A stretch of DNA of 64,000 bases, from the NCBI RefSeq assembly GCF_008831285.2, contig NC_045138.2, positions 24,242,001 through 24,306,000 on the forward strand, read 5' to 3'. Positions 52,942 to 64,000 of this stretch are shown here, piece by piece. Source of the stretch: Nymphaea colorata (Eukaryota). The stretch's first letter is position 1. Each line of letters opens with the position of its first letter. The notes beneath the pieces are model-generated. The model did not search any database. It was given only the letters and a program-made list of their open reading frames with translations, and was not told where the DNA came from. The position numbers and the translations under genes are program-made.

Positions 52942-55330
52942 TCATGTTTTCACAGAAGAACAACTGCTTCGTCCACTGGATTTTCGTGCACCAGCAATGC
53001 TTGCAACTAAGCAGTTTCCTGATGCTCCTAATCCTCTACTCCCCATTAATTTCAGCCCAATATTTTTATGAAGATAAATCAGCTTATTTTCGTTGCTCCC
53101 ACTAACCAACTTCAGATCATCTGCTTTTCCTTTAGATATGGCCGCATATAGGTGTAATTGTAATTTAGATGAGCATTGAATTCTAACATTTTCACCTTCG
53201 CCCACGTTTTTGGTGTCACAGACGTCATGATTTTCTCCAAAAGAAATCCTCATGAGCCCCATAGAGTTGGGATCATCTGTTCTAGGATCGAATATGAAGG
53301 AAAATTTTCCAACCGTCCGATCAGGCTTTTTAAACAGATCAACGAGAATATCCTCGGACAGTTGAGAATATCTTGGTATGGACTTCATTACAGCAGTCTG
53401 CCTACTTCTAGCAGCCATGAGAACGTGAGAAGCCTCCCGCAATCCACTCAAAAAAGCACCATGCATGGTGGCTGGGTATTGCCTGGATGTGGCCTCACCA
53501 GCAAAGAAAAGCCGACCATCCCCCACATTTTCCGCAAGAATATCATAGTCATCACCAGATGACCCAACCCTGACATGTGAATATGAACCACAGGACAGAG
53601 GATCGCTTCCCCATCTAGTACATATCGTCTGAATGGGGTTTGGTACTTCAATACCTCTGGGACTGTATATACCTGCAAACGTGGCTAAAGGTTATTACCA
53701 GGGCAAGTAAAACTATGCCTTTAAAGTTTGAACTAACATCCCAAAAAATATAAGAAAAAAAATAGTTGTATCAGGACATCTTCCCAACAGACACACCTCT
53801 GAGAACACTTAGAACCCGGTGAAGCGAATGGGTTGGATCTGTGCTCTCAAATGTTATCGCAGCTTCACCTGCCACTAAAGCTATAATAACTGGTGCGCCT
53901 GAAACCATGTGACAGCAGTAAAACAGGTAGAATTCGCCTCTCCTTGAACTATCATCATTGATACAGCCAAAAGTATCAAGCTCCTCACCCCAGAATACAT
54001 GGGGGAATATCATGGCCACTTTGTTGAGCAATCCAAAACCCAGTCTGTCTATTGCATCGAGTTTCCTTTTAGGTAACTCTGGAGAGAACGTTATGGACCG
54101 ACGCTTGAGAACACCAAGCGGCACTGTGCATATTACCATATCAGCTTGAAAAGCTTGACCTCCAGCTATCACTTCAACACCATGACTGTCATATTTAATT
54201 GTATCCACAGTCTTCCCGTAGAAAATAGGCACATTATCGCACATAGCATCGATCAAGCGACCATTACCACCAGCAAGAAAACAGTGATCCCCACCCATTT
54301 CATATGGATCATCCTGATCCCAGAATGCAAGTGACAATTGTGGCAGGAGACCGGCATTTGAAAATTCCAAATTTGCCAGATGCCAATCAAGAAGTTGCCT
54401 TTCATCCACATTAAGCGCCACGCTGTAGAGCTGCCTGAATGTCTCCAAAGCAGAACCCAGTGAAATCCCTGCTGCAGATTCTGCACCTATTGTCTGTCTC
54501 AGTTGTGTAGCCTTGTCCAACAATCTATTAAAGATGAACTCAATCTTTGAATCGGTTTCCTCATCCAATGGTGATCCATCCGGCCTATACAAAGGACATT
54601 TATCTCTCACCTTGTGAAGAGGAAGAGACAATTGTCTTGCCAAAACTCCGAGTGGGTTCGCATGGATTCCAGTGATAATACTACCACCAAGATCTGCTGC
54701 ACCGAACCTACCTCTGCGGCCAATTTTCTTTGTATAAACTCGCCCACCAGGTCTCTTTCTTCCTTCAAGAACTACTACCTTAAAACCAAAGCTCAATAAC
54801 TGCCTTGCGGCAGCTAATCCAGCAAGACCACTACCTATGACAATCACACTGCCCATAGTAGCTTCTTTGGGAATTTCTGCCTTGATAGAAGTTGAAACCC
54901 CAAAATTGATATACCCATTGGACAAAAGGAACTCGTACGCCTTCCGGACCATCCCTTCATATTCATTGCTCACTGACTCCATAATTTCGTTTTTGTGCAG
55001 ATATTTACCAACATTATCCCTCCACATACACAGGATATGATTCCTGACCACAATGTAGTCATTCTGCTCTCTCCCACCCAATTCACTAACCACCCCAGCT
55101 CTGATCTCTTCATCAAGCAGCGCATCAATCGGGAACCCCAGCGACAAGGCAATCATGGCCTCTAATTCCGTCTCCTTCTGCAAATCAGCCACCGTACGGT
55201 TCCGCTTCTTCGGAACGCTACCAAGATGGCTCTCCATGATCTCATCTATCATGTTCTCATCATAATTTTTGCGTCCTGCATTCCTCCTTGTTGTTCTCCT
55301 ACAGCTACTCTCTGCCGCAGTGCCCCCCAT
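52942..55330 (-). CDS. LDL2: Lysine-specific histone demethylase 1 homolog 2 (~754 aa; exons 55330-53797, 53672-52942)
   Basis: SWIRM region (EAMIALSLGFPIDALLDEEI..QNDYIVVRNHIL), FAD motif VIGSGLAGLAAARQL..GGRVYT and amine oxidase C-terminus RLFFAGEATSRQYPATMHGAFLSGLREA. One GT-AG intron keeps the frame. Confidence 0.93.
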
Positions 55331-58300
55331 CTTGTCACCAGTAAATACACAGAACAAGAAACTAACGACCACGTCTATCCATCGGGCAGAATCGGCTTAG
55401 GTCATGGAGATTTGCTAAAATTTATGGGCATACTTCAAAACACGCGTGGAAATCGCTCTCTTACGAACATAATGGTGAAATGGGTACGTGAAAACATGAG
55501 CAGACATGCTGAATAACGAGAACCCTACAGAGACAGACTGAAGTTTGGAGATAGCTACCTTTGGTGGTGCATTCCAAAGGGCTGAAACTCTCGCCGCGTC
55601 CGGGTTTCTGTTTCTGAGGCGGTGACCTTTAGCGAGGCGGTTCTTTCTTGATTTCGATTTCTAATGGACACAAGAAAGACTCCAGACACTTATGGGCAAG
55701 CACCACGCACAGGGGGAGAGAGGAAGAGAGATATGGTTCTGATTATGATGAGAAAGAGAGAGAAAAAAAGAGAGATTGTTGCAGGTTGTGATGAGAAGGC
55801 TTCCAAGAAGCGCGCGGGAGAGCGGGAGCGCGAGAGAGAGTTGAAAAGGAGCGGGATGGTGCCGGAATCACGACCGATACCGTAACCCTAGAAGAACGGT
55901 ACGTGATTATCGTTATTACGGTTTGGCAAAACAGTACTCGCCACAAAATGACCGGCGAGTTGGTTCCCCTCTCTCTAGAGCTGGTTGAGTGGTTGTGTTG
56001 CGGTTGCGACTCCCGCTGTCGATTTGAGGGCTTCTAATGGCAATCCGATCTCTTCATGTCCCTCCTGGCTTAGAGGACTTGAATCTCGCTCCCAACGCCA
56101 ATCCAATTCTTTCCTCTCTCTCTTTCTCTCTATCTGGCGAAGGTCCTTCCCTCGAGTATTGATATTACAATTGAAAGCAGAAAATGAGATGAAGGAAGAA
56201 AATGATGAATCCCACAAACATGATTGCACATCGAAATAGCGAATAAGGCCGTCATTTTCTGTGTAACCCTAAGAAGCAACAGTAGGTAGTTATTATACCA
56301 TTTTCCAATTTGGTGTTTGGCGTATAAAGAGAAAAATTAGATACAACAAAATGCTTAAATGTGGATTTATTTGCAAAACTACTCCTTGCTTGATCAAGAA
56401 ACTGATTCTCAATTACATGCCTTTTTTAACTCAAATGTGTTTAATAGTAAAATTTGAGCATGTTCTATGAGTTTCTTCACAAATCTAATCATTTTTGTCA
56501 AAAACATATTAAAAATTAAGTATGTTTTTTAAATTGTTTAAAACTTAAACATGTTTTTGAAAGTATCTATGACGGCTCCCTTATGACCTAAATTCGCTTG
56601 AATGGTTATGAAAGTTGTTATATGTAAACTGTATACAACGATATTGATGATTATTGCTATTAGATGTACAATAAAAGGTAAAGTATCATCTGCCATTCCA
56701 AGAACAAAATAATAATGCATTAATAGAGTTTTATCATATTTAACGTGGCATCTTTTATCATATTTTCAGAACAACAGAGTTTTCTATTTATATATTCAAA
56801 GAACATAAGTTCCAAGAGGACAAAGTTTCTCTTGTCAAACACCTTTTGTTCATAGCTGCACAATGATTTCAGTAACTCAAGCTCAACTCATTTTTAAATA
56901 AGTAAACTTCAAACCAAAGTTCAGCTCGAGTAGCTATAACGAATCAAGCTCAAGCTCCAATTAAGCAAGCTGGATTAAGCTTGTTAGATAGAATATGCAG
57001 AAAATGTTTTACATGTTTGCTATATAAAAACGTTTCAGCACAGTGGACTCTTTAAATTTGTATACAACGGGTTCTCTTTTAAACCCTTTATTTTTTTTTT
57101 GTCCAACCACATGTATTGTAACGATTTTTTTTTCTTTAACAGTCAATTTGCCTTGGCTTAGCTGCGCTGGAGCTATGATAAGCTCGGCTGGGTCCAGGTT
57201 TCTCGAGCTATATAACTCGATCTCGACCCCAGTCCAAGCCAAGCTCGAACTGGGTTTATCAACAGTTGAGTCGATCTCAAGCATCTCCAACATAGCTCAA
57301 ACTTAGCTTGTGTCAAGTCCCATCCACGCAGACCCAAACCAAACAGAGGATTAATTTTCTTAAAATTTTACCTGTTCAACACTTGAAAGGGCAAACTTTT
57401 TGGAAAAACAAAATGCAGCCTTGCAAGGCCACCTGAACCCTCTTTTTTCTCCCAAACTATCGAACACCTAGGAAGAAATGAATTGACCTAATCATAGTCA
57501 CACAATGAAATTTTTTGGTGCTTATAATTTAAAAGCATGAAAAGATTACCGCAAATCTTTCATCTACAAAAGGACAATAACACATAAATGCAGTTGTTGA
57601 ACTTTTAGAATAACAAATCAGTGCTTACAAAAGGTTCAAAGCCTTCAGTTAGAGTTTTACACTATCGAAAAATTCAATATAACTGCAAGTGTGACACTTA
57701 GTTTAAACAGCTGCCACTATATGTCTACTGAAACCAATTTGCTTGATACCATCATGTCCTGTCTACACAGAGAACTTTATAAAGCCCCTTTGTGTAATGC
57801 TCCTAGTAGACAAGACATGGCACGTGGATATAGCATGTCTTCCTGAAAGGAAATTTTTAATTGATTTTGCATTAAAATCATTGCACTAAAATTTCGGATA
57901 TCCACCCATGTAGCGTTTAAACGTCTCATCAACATCATTGCGAAATAAGATACCCTCATTCTACAGGAACTAATCGGTTCCCAAATAAACGATTGTTACC
58001 TCAGATTTTCGGGCTTTGAAAATCTCATGTTAATCGCAATATTATTGAATTGGTAGAAAGCAAGAAGAAAGACGAGACAAACTAGAATCCCAGCCATGAT
58101 GCCAGTCATGCAAATGAAAGAGAAAAATTCGAGACAACAAGAAAGGTAGGAGAGCCTTCTCAGTGAGAATTTGCCGTAACTTACAATAATCAGGTATCAG
58201 GACTTAATCTTTTTTTTTTCGTGAGCTCACAGCTGAAATTAAATTTATTTTCCGCAGTTCAACATTAAAATGGAATGAAGGAGCAGAGGCAACAAAGAAA

Positions 58301-58346
58301 ACTTCCCATCTATTTGCCAATCTTGTCTGCTTTCTTGTAGCTAAAA

Positions 58347-61300
58347 TCAACGAACCAGTAGAATCTTCCCAATGTGTGTGCTGCTTTCCAGGATCCTGTG
58401 GGCTTCTGCTGCCTCAGATAATGGAAACACCTTGTATATTACAGGCTTCACCTTCCCAGCTTCAATAGCAGGCCAAACATTCTTCTCAACTTCACTCACA
58501 ATTACAGATTTGTTTTCGGTAGTTCTATTTCTTAGACCAGCACCTGCATTTGCCAATTTTGTCGTCATAATAAGCACATTTCATACACGAACATATTTGA
58601 ACTATCAACTGCGGAAACCAACTGTTGTTTAATTATCAAGAATTCGACTTGACTGCCACATATGATATAACAATAGGAAGATATGCTAAACAATGGATGA
58701 ATCAAGCAAAGGTAATGAGCCATCTATAATGGGATTGTCAATCTCTTAAGCCTTTCTTCCTAATTGGTTGAATCGATCCATGTACCTTGTACTGTGAGAC
58801 GCTTTGCTATGAAGCAACTAATATTGGATTCAGCAATGGGGCCACCTTGCGTGCCAATAATAAAAAGCCTCCCGTCCACGTTCAAGCTGTCCAGATTCCG
58901 CTGGAAGTAGGAACCACCTACATTGTCTAATATGAAATCAACACCTGCATAAGGTTCAGGGTTAAATCAGTGATCCCATGAAAGACAAGAAGTCATGCTC
59001 CGGTATGAAATGACTTCATCTATAGTGGGTCTCGTACACTTTCACAACTGTAAATTACAGAACACCTAACTGTGTTTTCTCAAACAATGATATATTTGAA
59101 AAAAGAAAATGATTTTACACAAATTGCGACCCGAATATGTTAATTGAACTCCCATCACCTTCAAACATATCTACCTTTGCCTTACCAGGGGGCCCACTAT
59201 AAGAAATTTTGTAGGTAAACTTTACATGTACTAGAACCAACCTTTGCCTTCTGTTTCTTCTTTGACACGTTTAACGAAATCTTGGGTTTTATAATTTATG
59301 CACACATCTGCCCCAAGTTCCTTGCAAAATCTCAGCTTCTCTTCATTTCCTGGACAGAAAATTTTAATTTCACACGAGTTACATCACATTAATTAACTCA
59401 ATTGAGCATAAAAATTTACAGCAGTCACCTGCTGTAACAAAAACTCTTGCTCCGATATGTTTGGCAATTTGAATAGCAAATGTGCCAATACCGCTTGATC
59501 CTCCATGTACCTGTGAGATAAACACAAAGATTCTTCCAGGTGGATCCATTGCAACAAGAAGAATAGCATATCATATGAAAATTCGATGAACATGGCTACT
59601 TCAATTTTGCCCAAGCCATGTCGGGTTCGAGAGTAGGTGATTTTTGGTGTATCCATGTCTATATGTACCTCACGCTGTGCAGACATGTAAGATGTTTTCT
59701 GCCAGTGTAAATGCATTTACCTATATTTGTTCTTCATTCTCAGACACACCTATTTCATGTCAGGAAGACTGCGTCGTGATCCCCATTGCAGGAATATATA
59801 TTCAACAGACATGCACCACAATAAACAAGAACAGGAAGACATTTTATTTTCTCTATCAGAACATAATGTCATTTGGATGACAAAAATTGAGAAAAAACAG
59901 AAATAATTTGGACACCTTTATAAGGAAAAATCAGAATGTATAGCAGAAACAGAAAGGTTCTTTGACAAGAAACTGATGATGCAGCAGCATCAGTGAATAA
60001 AAACCTTCAAACAGCAGTACAAGTGAATAAAAATTCTTCAATTTTGGTGAAGAAAAGAAATAGCTTCATTACAGAGGCGGAAGCAGAAATTTTTCATGAG
60101 GGAGGCCGAATTAAAGTTTCTAAATTTTGACATGCGCCGAAATATCATTTTTCAAAATTTTTATATAGGACAAGTGAAATTTTTAAAATTTTAATTTTTT
60201 TTTATTTTATTTTTTTTGAGGTGGGGACAGGGGCCCTACCCTAGCTCCACCCCTTCAAGACAAGAGCTCAGTCTACTGGCTTAACACAGGGAATCACAAG
60301 CAGTAATTTTTCCCGACAAAGCCAGTCACTCTTATAGGAACAGAAAACCATCTTTATTAGTTGGTAGAAGCCAATTGGTGAAACTTAAAAAGCACTAGTT
60401 TTAAAAAGTCAGATTCAGCATTCACTGACATGGCAAATTTACAAAGAAAAAAGTAAGAATGTCAAATAGAAGCTTTATGATTTGGACTGCATCAATACAA
60501 TGCAATGGCAATCTGGATTTATTCAATCATATTTTCTCTCAATAAAGTCACAAAAACAAATAGATACAGCTCAGGACCTCAGGCATGGTTCTGATGTCCA
60601 GCAGTGGCGTTTGACCAAATGTGCTTATGGCAACAGTATAAATAATAGCAAAGAAATTAACAAACCATTGATTTTAGAATCACCATACATTTTAAACTTC
60701 ACTTGATCGAAGCCGAAAAAAGCTAAAAATTGTGAACACTTTTACTAAAGCTCCATATGAAACTTAGATAATGTCCATTAAATTCACAGTAAGTTTGGAC
60801 TAATTGTGCATCAATTCAATGCCACTGCAATCTGGACTATTCAAACATATGTATTCCCAATAAAGCCACAGAAAAACATACAGATACAGCTTGGGACCCA
60901 AGCCATGGTTCTCATGTCGAGTGGTGGCTTTTGACCAAATATACTTTATGAAATTAGTATAAATAACAGCACAGAAATGACACAAGTGTTGATGTTAGAA
61001 TCACCAGACCTTTTCATTTTTACTTTATCAAAGCAGGGAAAAAATTACCAAAAAAGTGTGATCACTTTATTAAACCTCCAGAGAAAGCCTAAATAATATC
61101 CATTAAATTCACAAGGATTTGACAGGATGCGTATTCTGACAATCGTCTGTATGTTCCTTTAGAAGCAATCTAACATGATTGATAGAAGCAGCAAAAACTA
61201 CGCAGCCCATACTGACAATCGAATATCATACTTAACCCTTCTACGCAGACTTCCCACATAGTTAACCGTTAACAAAATTACAAACATAGACGCAAATCGA

Positions 61301-61838
61301 AAATGAATTGAATAGTACCAGAAAACTTTCCCCTGGAGACAAGCGGCTCATCATAAAAACAGTTGACCATACAGTACAAGCAACCTCTGGCAAGCTTGCA
61401 GCATCCCTTAAAGAAACACCATGTGGAATAGGAAGAACCTGAACACCTGGCACTGCAACTTTTTCTGCATATCCACCTCCACTAAGAAGTGCACAGACCT
61501 GTAAAAATATAATTAGCCATGGATATTACATTAGGACCTTTATAATGAGCTACTTGTATGTGAATGAAAATGGAGGAGGGATTCACCTGATCGCCGACAA
61601 CCCACCGCGTGACGTTCTTCCCGACGGCCTCAACTATGCCGGAGCATTCAAGGCCAGGGTAAGGGGAGGCTCCCTTTGGCGGAGGATATTTTCCCATCCT
61701 CTGTAGGGTGTCCGCCCGATTCAAGGCCGTGGCCGCTACCTTGATCAGAACTTCATCGTCTCCAAATTTAGGGTCTTCGACTTCTTGAACCTCAAGAACT
61801 TCCGGGCCTCCCGGCTTCGTGATCACCACCGCCCTCAT
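58347..61838 (-). CDS. NAD(P)H quinone oxidoreductase, PIG3-like MDR family (325 aa; exons 61838-61587, 61498-61319, 59510-59429, 59349-59242, 58944-58786, 58543-58347)
   Basis: MRAVVITKPGGPEVL..ALNRADTLQR.GKYPPPKGASPYPGLE, GGGYAE, VHGGSSGIGTFAIQ and HIGKILL. The six GT-AG exons total 978 nt in frame. Confidence 0.95.
60072..60255. mobile_element. MITE-like element, family copy 3, in PIG3-like intron 2
   Basis: CAGAGGCGGAAGCAGAAATTT...TAGCTCCACCCCT, termini similar to those of 7459-7635. Confidence 0.55.
60481..61113 (+). repeat. Diverged tandem duplication (2 x ~315 bp) in PIG3-like intron 2
   Basis: Both units start TTTGGACT..GCATCAAT and end TCCATTAAATTCACA. Shared internal blocks include AGATACAGCT, CATGGTTCT, TTTGACCAAAT and TTAGAATCACCA. 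Confidence 0.85.
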
Positions 61839-61857
61839 TTTTCCGCCGCCGGGAAAT

Positions 61858-61894
<37 letters not shown>

Positions 61895-62646
61895 TTCCCG
61901 GTTACATGGAGACTCGTCAAAATAGCCTCGTAAAAGTAAGACTTACTGTGAATTTGGAAAAACGTTCCACCAGTCACGAAATCTGGAAAAGATTATAAGG
62001 CTAGCATCGTCAAGCCCGGTCCGAACTCCGCCCTGGTGCAGTCCAAATAATTGACCCTGAGTTGGACCGTATCTAAATAATGAAAAGTTTGGATCTGGAT
62101 TTGAGCATCCGACTTCTGCTGTAAATCATTAAATATGGATTTGGATCTCCTCGTGGCACGACAGCCATGTCAGTGGAAATTCGAAAAATAAACCCAAACA
62201 TTATTCAATTGAATTGAAGAAGTTGAACTGTGGGTTGGTGATATGCAATTCTAACCCAGGTTTGAACACATTTCTTTACAACTTTAACCGATACCCTGCA
62301 GACCTTACAGGACCCGACACCATCTGTCCTGATTCGGTTGGCTAACCATCCAAGTTTCCAAATTCAACGATGAATCCGTTCTGGTAAGGACCCAGTTAGA
62401 ATTTCTTGAGTTCCGGCCTATTTCCACACTTAATTAGATGTTCAACCAGTCCTGACTTTTTGCAAATTAGTGGTTGGAAGAACAAAAAAAAGAGTGATGG
62501 TGTGTAGTATTAATTCACATATATTTTTATTATTTTTTCTCTCAACCATCGATGTTAAGGACAGATTTTTTTTCTTATTCTTTTAGCATTTAAATGTGTA
62601 GTATCTACCAATTTTTATATATACCTCTGACTATATGTTCATCTGG

Positions 62647-62704
62647 ATATCTTACCTACGCAGCCCAATCTGTGCATATCTTACCTACGCAGCCCAATCT
62701 GTGC
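62647..62704 (+). repeat. Perfect 29-bp tandem duplication
   Basis: ATATCTTACCTACGCAGCCCAATCTGTGC x2. Confidence 0.9.
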
Positions 62705-62960
62705 AAGAGAGAAAAAAAAGAGAGGGAAAGTTAATGTTGGTGTGTGTTGGATAGATGTCGAATGGTTATAATTAAAATATATAACTAAAATGATGATTAA
62801 TCATTGTTAAAGTTATCATAAGCCGGGACTGACTACCAATTTAGTGATGTTTTTTGGTGATAATTTTTCCAATTTTAACCATTTAGCAACAAATTGTCCA
62901 GAGAGAGCGAGAGAGAGAGAGAGAGGGGAGGGGGGGGGGGGGGGGCGAGAGCGAGAGCGC

Positions 62961-64000
62961 CGATAAAATGGAAAATATATAACAAAATTTGAGGATAAGA
63001 AGTCCTCTAGATACAAAAGCAATCCGCAAAAACAAAAGTAAAAAGACGAAATATACAATACAATGCACAGTAAAATAAGAAAGATGTGAATAGAGATGAA
63101 AGAAAGAGCGGCACCGTCACTCCGCCGCAGACGGACTATGGCGCCTTAGCCGAATGGTAAACTGGACATCCTCATGCACAAGACGAGCCACATAATCTGA
63201 CGAAGAGAATGTGTCCCTGAAGACCCTGTTGTTGTGCTCCTCCCAAATGCGCCACCAAGCTGAAATGAGCCACGACCTCCAAACACGACCTCAGGAAGCA
63301 AATAGGTGTGGGGAAGGACAAAAGAGGAACAGAAGACGAATGGATGGTGGGTTTGGAAGACTACTAACAAGGGAAGATTAGGTAGAAGCTAGGACACTAA
63401 AGAAGAAATGACAAGAGGTAAAAAGGTGAACCCGATACTCAGCCGCGACAAGACAGAGGTGACACTGGTTAGTCAAACTGATGCCAAGGCACTGTAAGTG
63501 GTCAAAAGTGTTGATGTGGCCAGTAAGAAGAAGCCAGACGAAAGCAATAGCACGAGGAGATGGGTCAGGGAACCAAAGAGATCGAGGTAGGAGCGACGCA
63601 ATTGAAGGACCAAAGGAGGCCAGGTAGCAAGAAGGAAGAGTGAACTCACAGGTAGGTGAGAGAGGCCAGGATGGGAATGTGGACGATGAGAGGTCAGCAA
63701 GGCGGAGGAAAAGAGGAAGCGCAGAAAGCATATCTTTCAAAAAGTGAGAGGGAGAGGGTTGAGAGATGGAACAATTCTAAACACTAGGGGAAGGCAGGTT
63801 GAATTTGGAATAAATGAATTGGGTGATGGGAGAATACTAAGTTGCCAGACGCCACCACCAAGAACACAGAGAAGACTCACATGCCCGACTAAGGTTGGTA
63901 ACCTCAGCACCCCCAAGAAGACGCAGAAAGACAACCGCATCCCAATGCGCAAGGCGATCCGAAGGCCGATTCTCATTTCAGATAAACTTACGAATAATCT
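62961..64000 (-). mobile_element. 3' part of a second copy of the same L1-type LINE family (runs off the window end)
   Basis: PRAIAFVWLLLTGHINTFDHLQCLGISLTNQCHLCLVAAEYRVHLFTSC (zf-RVT-like). Collinear with 3880-4885, including the 3' tail. Confidence 0.9.

Noticed and set aside
28879..55330. ULT and LDL2, both H3K4-related chromatin regulators, in one window
   Set aside because: They are ~19 kb apart with unrelated sequence between. There is no evidence for functional clustering.
56850..57315. AAGCTC/GCTCG-rich region suggestive of a decayed MITE
   Set aside because: Termini and TSD could not be determined.

Overview
Eukaryotic (flowering-plant) nuclear DNA: AT-rich, with GT-AG introns, microsatellites and MITEs. 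The species cannot be established from the sequence alone. The left third (1-23 kb) is a tandem cluster in the order MIK2-like LRR receptor kinase (partial), BURP gene 1 (disabled, LINE in intron 2), full-length MIK2-like LRR-RLK, intact 3-exon BURP gene 2, degraded BURP fragments. The BURP paralogues carry a short, hypervariable aromatic segment (IRPWISRWG / YCPWCNTWG / VCPYIANHG) between the pro-region and the BURP domain. This is the position where fused burpitide (BURP-cyclase RiPP) core peptides lie, and it is the most promising lead. The rest of the window holds an ULTRAPETALA gene, back-to-back katanin-p80 pseudogene fragments, a neprosin (DUF239) pseudogene, an intronless mitoribosomal mS33 ORF, LDL2 histone demethylase and a PIG3-like quinone oxidoreductase. 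It also holds several MITEs and a second copy of the LINE family; both LINE copies end in CATTTTATCG followed by (CT)n. Exon boundaries were read by eye and no database searches were run.
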